This document shows positions 1 through 7,975 of a DNA stretch of 20,122 nt, piece after piece (position 1 is the first letter of the stretch; each line of letters opens with the position of its first letter). Source of the DNA: Promethearchaeota archaeon. Its GTDB lineage: Archaea > Asgardarchaeota > Lokiarchaeia > Sigyniarchaeales > SOKP01. Both the position numbers and the translations under genes were made by a program. The stretch is taken from NCBI GenBank assembly GCA_048941285.1, contig JBHLNS010000052.1:1-20122 (forward strand). The letters are read 5' to 3'. The notes under the pieces are model-generated. The model worked only from the letters and a program-made list of their open reading frames with translations, ran no database searches and was not told where the DNA came from.

Positions 1-1776
1 GAAACTTCTTATGACGTTCTAATTACAGTGATTAAATCCTTAAAAGAAACCAATGATATTAGAATTTTCTCTGCATTGATGGATAAATTAACACAAATTT
101 CAAATGATGATATCTGGAAAGGTAATTTTCCTTCCTTTACTCAAAATTTAGTTGAAAAAACATCTCTCGAATATTTAATTGAAATACTGATAAATTTAGT
201 TACTCTAAATCATTTGAAAAAAAAATTTCAAAACCTCTGTTTTAAAATTGAAAAAGGATTTGTAATCGAAATAGATTTATCAAAGGTGGATAATTATATA
301 ATAAATTGGCGTGATAAAGATGCTTTTCAATATCATTCAGAGATATTTGGTTTAGAAAACTTAAAAAAATTAGAAAAAATTAATTTTTTTCATATTAAGT
401 GGTCAACTAACAATGAATACAACTACAAAAGTTCAATAGCATTAATTAAAGTATTAGAAAGACTAAATAATGAAGTGGCTAAAGATGCATTAATATCTCA
501 AATAAAATTAATCGACGATAATGACTTCAGTTGTTCAATTAAACATTTATATAAAAAGCTTGAGAAGTTATCCATATCTAAACTATCAGATATTTTTAGA
601 AATTTCTTAACGTTCTTATTTATGAGAACAAAATATCAAACTTTGAATTATAAGATATTAGAAGGAGAGATTGTTTCAATATCTATCGAAAATACACCAC
701 TAATTAAGATACCATTTTATATTGAATATTTCCGTTCATTAAAATCACTCATATTAAAAAATTGTAGTATTTATAACTTAAATAAATCAATCTGTTTTTT
801 GAAGCATTTACAGATTTTAGATTTAGAAGGAAATAATCTAAAAATTATTTTAGAATCAATTTCTTCTCTTAGATCCTTGAAAATATTAAATTTAAGCAAT
901 AATCATTTAGAAAAACTCCCTTATTCAATCGGTAAACTTTCTTCTCTTCAATATTTAAGTTTAGAAAAAAATAATCTAGTCAATCTCCCAAAATCAATAG
1001 GAAATCTTTCTTTGTTAAAATTTTTAAACTTAAGTGAAAATAAATTAGAAGAAATACCATCAACTATAGGAGAGATTAAATCACTTAAAACTTTGAATTT
1101 AAGTAGAAATAAGATAAAAATTTTACCAGCATCTATTGGATTACTCTATTCACTTAAGTTCCTCAATTTAAGTAATAATAAATTGAAAACGGTACCAAAT
1201 TCATTGAATTCAATCTCCTTACTTTATAAACTTAATCTTGAAGATAATAATATCACAAGTCTTCCTGGTTCAATTGGATTAATTAGTTCACTGAGGGTAC
1301 TAAAACTAGGTTGGAATAAGTTAAAAGAAATTCCAAATAATATAGGGGATCTAAGATCTCTTAAATGTATATATGTAAATAATAATAAATTATTAAAATT
1401 ACCTAGCTCAATTTGCTGTCTTACATCATTAGAATATTTAGATGCTTCCTATAATAGAATTATCGCATTACCAGATGATTTGAACAAACTTAGGCAACTT
1501 AAAGTTATTAAATTAACAGATAACCAAATTAAAAATTTTCCTGACTCGATAAACTCTCTATTTTCACTCGAAAAATTGGATTTAAGTCGAAATAGTATTG
1601 AGCGATTACCAGAATCAATAGGTTTAATGCAATCCCTTAAAGAAATTTGGTTAATTGGAAATGAAATAAAAATGTTACCAAATTCTATTACAAAATTAAC
1701 CTCAATTAAAAAATTAATGTTAAATGATAATCCACTGATGGAAATTCCGAGAACCTTTAAAACTATAAAATCATAG
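1..1776 (+). CDS. Leucine-rich repeat protein, probably 5'-truncated by the window
   Basis: Frame is open from base 1 (gaa act tct tat gac gtt cta att aca gtg) to TAG at 1774-1776, so GTG at 28 is probably not the true start. The C-terminal part has 15 consecutive 23-aa LxxLxLxxNxLxxLPxSIxxLxx repeats. Confidence 0.92.
   Translation, partial: ETSYDVLITVIKSLKETNDIRIFSALMDKLTQISNDDIWKGNFPSFTQNLVEKTSLEYLIEILINLVTLNHLKKKFQNLCFKIEKGFVIEIDLSKVDNYIINWRDKDAFQYHSEIFGLENLKKLEKINFFHIKWSTNNEYNYKSSIALIKVLERLNNEVAKDALISQIKLIDDNDFSCSIKHLYKKLEKLSISKLSDIFRNFLTFLFMRTKYQTLNYKILEGEIVSISIENTPLIKIPFYIEYFRSLKSLILKNCSIYNLNKSICFLKHLQILDLEGNNLKIILESISSLRSLKILNLSNNHLEKLPYSIGKLSSLQYLSLEKNNLVNLPKSIGNLSLLKFLNLSENKLEEIPSTIGEIKSLKTLNLSRNKIKILPASIGLLYSLKFLNLSNNKLKTVPNSLNSISLLYKLNLEDNNITSLPGSIGLISSLRVLKLGWNKLKEIPNNIGDLRSLKCIYVNNNKLLKLPSSICCLTSLEYLDASYNRIIALPDDLNKLRQLKVIKLTDNQIKNFPDSINSLFSLEKLDLSRNSIERLPESIGLMQSLKEIWLIGNEIKMLPNSITKLTSIKKLMLNDNPLMEIPRTFKTIKS
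739..1773 (+). repeat. 15 tandem 23-aa (69-nt) leucine-rich repeats
   Basis: Counted by eye from LKSLILKNCSIYNL to IKKLMLNDNPLMEIP. Confidence 0.9.
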
Positions 1777-1933
1777 AAGAAGGTTCATTAAATCTGAAGA
1801 AATAAAAAAAAATACTAATTTATCGAGTTTAAAGGAATTACAATAAAAGAGAGAAATAATAATACAATTTCCTTAAAATCAGAGTTTATCAATATTGTTT
1901 AAAAATAGGATGGGTTAAATTTAAGGAAGTCAT

Positions 1934-3277
1934 CTAATAGAATTCACAATCAGCTAAAAGTTGTGAGATATCCATAACCTTAATAGAAGAATTATCTTCA
2001 GATGCTACTTGGTACAAATTATTCTTACAGAAAACACATGAACTTACAAGAACTTCTGCTGAGGTTTCGATAGCCTCTTTCAAACGATCTTCCCGCATTC
2101 GGGTCATACAAGCGCGTGTTTCTGTTATTCTATCTCTACCTACTTCGAGAGCAATATCACCATAGAGTGCCTTTACACCTCCTCCTGCACCACAACACCA
2201 AGACATATCTCTGTTATGCTTCATTTCGAACAGCTTGACACCTTCAATTCTTCGAATAAGTTCCCTCGGTTCTTCAAAAACATCACAATATCTTCCTAAA
2301 TGACATGGATCATGATAAGTTATAAGTAAGGGGTCTTCAATTGAACGTTTTGTATATCTTATTTTAAGATTCTTTTCTTTTGCGATCTTTAAAGCATATT
2401 GAGTAATATGATATAAATCAAATCCAAGATCGTAATTTGCAAATTTAGAATATTCTAGAGAAAATGTTGAAAAACATCCAGAACATGAGAAAACCACTTC
2501 TTTTACTCCGCTTTTCCGAATCATTTCATAGTTATGTCTTACAAGGTCCATAGCTTCATCTTCTAATCCTGTTCGGAATAATACAGAACCACAACATCTT
2601 TCTTCTGGAAAAAGAGTGAACTCAACTCCTAATTTCTTTAAAACTTGACTAGTTGCTGAAACGAGTTCTTTATTTCTATATGAAGAGGTACAACCTACAA
2701 AATAGCCAACAGAAAATTCACTTTCCTTAGCAACTTGAACCTCAGGTTTTTGCATACTCCGCTCATAAGCTTCAGCTCCTTCTTCACAAGCATTAACCCA
2801 ATTAAATCTATCCCCATGTTTTTCCAAAAAAGGATTATTATTTTCCAATATTGAACTTTTAAGGATTTTCAATTTTTCAGGCATTGCTCCCTTTTTTACA
2901 ACTTGTTTCCTAAAATTTTGAAAAACACTTAATGTATCGACTTTGACAGGACATACAACTTTACAATTACCACACAACATACAACGAAAAACTGAAGGAA
3001 TTATCTCATCCTTATCAAATTTAATGTCCTTTCTGTCTAATGCTTTAATAATTCTATTTCGCCCTCCAGCGTAATCAGTTTCGCACCAAGAAGTATTATA
3101 AACTTTACAAACATGACGGCAATACCCACAATGAGTACACCTTTCATAAGAATATCTTTCTTTAAACTTATCAGAAGGCTCGACTAAATTGTCTCTTGAG
3201 GGAGAAATTAAACCTGCTACTGGGGGGCCAGAAGTTATTACATTTTTTAAATTTTTTTTTTCTTTTCCTTCACTCAT
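1934..3277 (-). CDS. Fe-S oxidoreductase, GlcF/HdrD-like (2x[4Fe-4S] ferredoxin domain plus two CCG domains)
   Basis: Ferredoxin motifs CTHCGYCRHVC and CMLCGNCKVVCP. CCG domains YFVGC...ERCCGS...CSGC and YHDPCHLGR...WCCGAGGG...CVFC. Confidence 0.9.
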   Translation of the reverse strand: MSEGKEKKNLKNVITSGPPVAGLISPSRDNLVEPSDKFKERYSYERCTHCGYCRHVCKVYNTSWCETDYAGGRNRIIKALDRKDIKFDKDEIIPSVFRCMLCGNCKVVCPVKVDTLSVFQNFRKQVVKKGAMPEKLKILKSSILENNNPFLEKHGDRFNWVNACEEGAEAYERSMQKPEVQVAKESEFSVGYFVGCTSSYRNKELVSATSQVLKKLGVEFTLFPEERCCGSVLFRTGLEDEAMDLVRHNYEMIRKSGVKEVVFSCSGCFSTFSLEYSKFANYDLGFDLYHITQYALKIAKEKNLKIRYTKRSIEDPLLITYHDPCHLGRYCDVFEEPRELIRRIEGVKLFEMKHNRDMSWCCGAGGGVKALYGDIALEVGRDRITETRACMTRMREDRLKEAIETSAEVLVSSCVFCKNNLYQVASEDNSSIKVMDISQLLADCEFY

Positions 3278-3380
3278 TTATCATTATCTCTTTTTTAATG
3301 GTTCTCTTGTTGGAAATATAATTAATTTTTATTAAATATAGTCGTTATATATTATTCATTATTCTATTGATTTGGTTTTA

Positions 3381-4877
3381 TCAATTAGATTTCTTTATTT
3401 TAAATAATTTATACAATAGTTTTGCTGTGTTAAAAAGTAATGATACTCTCCAGAATTTCATTTTGGCTTTGGTTAATCTATAAGAATTAAATAAATGTTT
3501 TGGATCCACTTTATCCTTTAGAGTTTTCCAATTCTGTACTTCTTGAGGTTTATATTTTAGTAAATAAAAAGTATTAACAATTCCTATAGTATATAGCCTA
3601 TCTCCTTGATTGAATGCTTGAACAGTAAAATCATGCAAGAAGGCTTTAACCGCAAAGAACTCGAGAGTTCTGTCAATATCCGTTAAACCGAATATTTTTA
3701 CTCGCGTCCAACCCTTTTCTCCTGAAATTGCATAAGAAGCAGTTGGGAATTTATATTTCTTATGTTCTTTTAAATATAATTCCATAAAATTTCTTAATCT
3801 CTTATCTGAAATCCAATATTCTTGGAAAATTAAATTTCTTGTGGATAATCCTATTGATACTTCTGCATCACTAATATCACGCCACTTTTCTTTTAAATAG
3901 GAAGATTCAACCTCTACACAATTTATCTTAGACGCATATAATTTAACATCCGATATACTTTTAGAAGTTTGTTCAGGATCATCATAAAATACTGCCCAAA
4001 CAATCCATTCTTGCTTTGGGAAAGTTACATGCGAGTATTTTTCAAAATTTCTTTCTGAAATTGAAAGAAATAATGGTTTACTAGGCAGATCCTCCTTCAA
4101 TAACAAATAAAAATTAATAGCTTCTTCAATTGAATTAAAACCATATCCTATTATCTCTAAGGATGTTTTTAATGTAGTGATAGACAATTCAACGTTTGCT
4201 ATTGCTCCAAATATGCCATATGTACCTATAATATCTCCCAAACTTAATTCCTCATTAGAATCTCTGGAAATCTTAATTATTGATCCATCCGGTTTAACCA
4301 ATTCTAAGGAAATGATAGTAGATTCCATTTTTCCGTATTTAATGACACCTATACCTGCTTTTCCTGGAGTAGCAATGAATCCCCCTACACAAGAAGTTTT
4401 AAAACTAGTTGGAAAAGTCTTAGGTTCAAGACCATAATCAGATAACGCTTCTATTAAATTTAACCAAGAAATTCCACTACCTACTTTCACCGTCATTTTC
4501 TCTTGATTTATTTCATGAACTTTGTTTAATCTACGTATATCTATAATTACTCCTCCCATAGAGGGAGTTGCTGAAGAAAAACAAGAAGTTCCAGCTGCCC
4601 TAATTGTAATAGGAATATTAAGTTTTCTACATTTTTTTATTGCCATTGATAATTCATTAACATTAGCTGGGCGTATAACATAACTGGCTAAATATTGTTT
4701 TTTAAACTTATAATGATATGCGGGTAGAGAAGTGAGATCAGCCGAAGCAGATTCAAGTTCAAATGGATTGGTGCTCACATGGTAAGGAGAGATAAATTCT
4801 AAAAATTGATCTTCAAGATCTTTACGTCCACTTTTTCTTTTATTACTTTTCGCTTTATTATTATTAGACTGAACCAA
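3381..4877 (-). CDS. FAD-binding oxidoreductase, GlcD/D-lactate dehydrogenase (VAO/PCMH) family
   Basis: VIRPANVNEL...ITIRAAGTS...GGVIIDIRRLN, SCVGGFIAT, GTYGIFGAI, and C-terminal LKDKVDPKHLFN. TTG start with GAGGT Shine-Dalgarno upstream. Adjacent to a GlcF-like partner. Confidence 0.88.
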   Translation of the reverse strand: MVQSNNNKAKSNKRKSGRKDLEDQFLEFISPYHVSTNPFELESASADLTSLPAYHYKFKKQYLASYVIRPANVNELSMAIKKCRKLNIPITIRAAGTSCFSSATPSMGGVIIDIRRLNKVHEINQEKMTVKVGSGISWLNLIEALSDYGLEPKTFPTSFKTSCVGGFIATPGKAGIGVIKYGKMESTIISLELVKPDGSIIKISRDSNEELSLGDIIGTYGIFGAIANVELSITTLKTSLEIIGYGFNSIEEAINFYLLLKEDLPSKPLFLSISERNFEKYSHVTFPKQEWIVWAVFYDDPEQTSKSISDVKLYASKINCVEVESSYLKEKWRDISDAEVSIGLSTRNLIFQEYWISDKRLRNFMELYLKEHKKYKFPTASYAISGEKGWTRVKIFGLTDIDRTLEFFAVKAFLHDFTVQAFNQGDRLYTIGIVNTFYLLKYKPQEVQNWKTLKDKVDPKHLFNSYRLTKAKMKFWRVSLLFNTAKLLYKLFKIKKSN

Positions 4878-4899
4878 TTTACCTCAACACCTATAACTA

Positions 4900-5772
4900 T
4901 CAAATTAATAATAAATTGGAGTTTAAAAAATAACCTAATAGGAAAGCACCCCACCAACTTACCAACGTAATATAACCTGTAATTTTTGCTGGCTTTCTTT
5001 CAGCTGCAATTCCAAACAGCATGCTTAAAAAGCCAGTGACTAAGCCTAATGCCCCTAGAATAATGTGCGGTAAGTGATAGATTAATTCATAGCCTCCAAG
5101 CCAAGCTCCAGCTGGTATTCTTATAAAAGCGGCAATAACATTGATAGTCGTTAAAATCCAAGAACCGCCTGCAAGGATCCCATGAATTTTAACGAATTTA
5201 TTTTCATTCACTAAAACTAAGATCGTTGCAAGTGTGAGTGCTAGTAATGCTGGCATTCCTAAATATAAACCTAAATGATTAAATATTGCAGAAAACAGAT
5301 CAAATCCGGGTGGGACCCCAATTATTATCTCAACATAGGCAAATTGTTGACCCCCAGTAAGGTTATTTCCTGAGATTATAAAGAGTTTATAGGATTCTTG
5401 CTCTACGATTGGTGTCACATTGAAGATTATAGTCATCGCATTGGGATTTGGGTCAAGATCATCTCCCGAGGCATCAACTATTTTATCTTTTGAAGGAATT
5501 ATGTTAAATTTATCATTATCTTTGGCACCAGGGTAAGCTTGTACAAATAAATCAGGTCCGGTTGCAGAAATGTTAAACACAAAATATGGAGTATTATTTA
5601 TTTCAGTTCTTACAGGATTAGTATATGAAATTGTATAAGCCCCTGATGAGTCATGACACCCACTAGAAGAATGTGTATCACCAAATGGAGGTCTTGCAGT
5701 TCCAAAGATAAAAATTGAAACAATCATCAATCCCATAATGCAAGAAAATATAACGAGAATTTTCTTTTTCAT
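4900..5772 (-). CDS. Secreted single-Cys H-x4-CH domain fused to a 4-TM His-containing (cytochrome b561/DUF420-like) membrane domain; candidate atypical cytochrome
   Basis: Signal peptide, then ARPPFGDTHSSSGCH (motif 5653-5673), KDNDKF and TPIVEQESYKL shared with three paralogs. Four C-terminal hydrophobic helices carry NHLG, KIHG and YHLPH histidines. Confidence 0.7.
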   Translation of the reverse strand: MKKKILVIFSCIMGLMIVSIFIFGTARPPFGDTHSSSGCHDSSGAYTISYTNPVRTEINNTPYFVFNISATGPDLFVQAYPGAKDNDKFNIIPSKDKIVDASGDDLDPNPNAMTIIFNVTPIVEQESYKLFIISGNNLTGGQQFAYVEIIIGVPPGFDLFSAIFNHLGLYLGMPALLALTLATILVLVNENKFVKIHGILAGGSWILTTINVIAAFIRIPAGAWLGGYELIYHLPHIILGALGLVTGFLSMLFGIAAERKPAKITGYITLVSWWGAFLLGYFLNSNLLLI

Positions 5773-5964
5773 GATATCTAGTTTTCCCGATTTGACGTAT
5801 TTTTAATCTATGAGTATTTCTTTTTAAACATTTTTTATATATTTTAAAAATAAGGATTTAATTAAAAGAATAGAGCAAAAATTACACCTATTTTATGTAC
5901 TTTTGTTTTTATTATAAAAATCTTTATTAAAATTCTTAAATAATACATTCTAGGTGTTTTTTTA

Positions 5965-7662
5965 ATGCTGAGTAATATATCTATAAAAAAGATTCTTGTT
6001 ATTAATTTGAGCTTAATTCTTTTACTTACATTTATACTACCATTATTATTAGATTTAATAGAATTAAGCTATAGAATTGTTTTTATATCCTTTCTTGGTA
6101 TTTTTTTGATCATATTTCTAATTGCTATCACAATCTTGGACGCCATTTTTCTAATGATTAAAAAACAAAATGTTTATTTTTTAACCGTTTTAACCATGAG
6201 TTTATCGTTGTTATTGTTTTTAATTATGATTTATAGTTTTTTAAATAATATTTATAAAATTGTATATGTAATGAATTATAGCAACAATTCCCTCCCTCTA
6301 ATTTATAAAGTTGTAGCAATCTGGGCTGGTGAAGAAGGGTCAATTATGACTTGGATGTTATTTAATTCAATAATAATCAATCTCTATAGAATTAAAAACC
6401 ATAACAAACAAGATTTAATTTTTATTCGTTCTGTAATTTTATCATCTATTATTTCATCATTTTTCTCAATAATATTATTATTCTTACATCCTTTTGAACT
6501 CCAACCATCCTCTCCTCCTGATGGATTAGGTTTAAATCCACTTTTAATATCTCCATTTATGATTTGGCATCCTTTTTTTACATTTATTGCATATGCTGTT
6601 TATTTAGTGCCATTTACTATAATAATCGCTGAAATAACAACACGCAAATTAAAACTTTTAGAATCTTTTCAAGATAAATTCTATAACTTTACCTTAAAAT
6701 TTGGATGGTTAGTTATGACTCTCAGTATCGGCTTAGGTGCATATTGGGCTAAAATCGCGTTAACTTGGGGCAGATATTGGGGTTGGGATCCAGTTGAAAC
6801 TGTTTCCCTCATTCCATGGTTTTTTATAACAGCTTTCTTTCATACTATGATTTTTAAGAAAAAAAAACCCATATTAATAAAGATAAATGTAGCTTTAGTT
6901 TTTTCCTCAATTATATTTTCAACATTAATTACACGAGGAGGAGGGTTAAGTTCACTCCATGCATTCACAGGAGAAGCAGAATTAGTTGTATGGGTAGTAG
7001 TTTTAGGCCTAATTTTAATCTTACTTCCCCTTTATGTAATTTATATTGTATTAGATTATTTAATGGAGGAATATCAGAATAAAAAACTATTCTTTGATTA
7101 CTTAAGTTATTTATTTTTAATTGGTTTAGCTTTTGTTTGTATCTTTGGACTATTTATCCCTCCATTTACCTATCTTCTTTCAGGTTTAATTCCAATAAAT
7201 ATTGTTTTCATTGGGAGCGATTATTTTATAATAACATCCTTAATTTTAGCAACGGGTTTGGCTTTAACATTGATTTTTTGTTCATTATGGGAATATTTTA
7301 GTATTAAAAATATAGTGTTTGTTATAATTATAGGATTGTTAATTCAAATTACATTCTCATTTACATTATTATTTATATCTAATATCTGGATAAATCCAGT
7401 TCTGTTAATATATTTAATGTCATTTTTTTCTTCTGTCTTCAAATTAACAAAAAATTTAATTTCAAAAAAAGGATTTAAATATTTTTTTAGGTTGAATTCA
7501 AAAACAATTATTCATGCTGGAATTTCCCTGATTCTTGCCGGATTTTTAATATCTTCAAATCTTCAAGATATCTTTTTCATTCCAGGATTCTTACTTCTAT
7601 TAATAGGTATAATTCCTTTAATTATTATCAGCTTTTTCCAAGAAAGACGGAGTTCAAGCTAA
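5965..7662 (+). CDS. ccmF: Cytochrome c synthetase (heme lyase) CcmF, compact form
   Basis: AIWAGEEGS, DGLGLNPLL, MIWHP, WWD domain WGRYWGWDPVET, FFH, TRGG-SSLHAF and C-terminal IIHAG; polytopic membrane protein. Confidence 0.93.
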   Translation: MLSNISIKKILVINLSLILLLTFILPLLLDLIELSYRIVFISFLGIFLIIFLIAITILDAIFLMIKKQNVYFLTVLTMSLSLLLFLIMIYSFLNNIYKIVYVMNYSNNSLPLIYKVVAIWAGEEGSIMTWMLFNSIIINLYRIKNHNKQDLIFIRSVILSSIISSFFSIILLFLHPFELQPSSPPDGLGLNPLLISPFMIWHPFFTFIAYAVYLVPFTIIIAEITTRKLKLLESFQDKFYNFTLKFGWLVMTLSIGLGAYWAKIALTWGRYWGWDPVETVSLIPWFFITAFFHTMIFKKKKPILIKINVALVFSSIIFSTLITRGGGLSSLHAFTGEAELVVWVVVLGLILILLPLYVIYIVLDYLMEEYQNKKLFFDYLSYLFLIGLAFVCIFGLFIPPFTYLLSGLIPINIVFIGSDYFIITSLILATGLALTLIFCSLWEYFSIKNIVFVIIIGLLIQITFSFTLLFISNIWINPVLLIYLMSFFSSVFKLTKNLISKKGFKYFFRLNSKTIIHAGISLILAGFLISSNLQDIFFIPGFLLLLIGIIPLIIISFFQERRSSS

Positions 7663-7975
7663 AAACAAACTAAATGAATTTTTTCTATAATAGACTCCTT
7701 AACTGTATAAAATGCTAATGAGCATATCAATTTCTATGAAAAGCGATTAAAAACTAACATGTTGAAATTCAATTCTTTTGAATTTAAAAATAAATAGAAT
7801 AAAGTATTTTCAATGGTTCAAATTGAAACTAACAAATCGATCTTAGTCTTAAAATGAAACTAAACCTTATTCAACCGTTAGAAATAACCAGTTTTGACAA
7901 ATCTTTTAATATTTCTTAGATACTGAAAAATTAAGAATATAAATTTTTCGATAAATATTAAAAAAGAGATATTGT

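Noticed and set aside
4177-4437. 86-aa + strand ORF
   Set aside because: Antisense shadow inside the FAD oxidoreductase with no recognisable motif.
5773-5964. TATA/BRE promoter calls in the divergent intergenic region
   Set aside because: The region is so AT-rich that many TTTAWA-like boxes occur, and none can be singled out.
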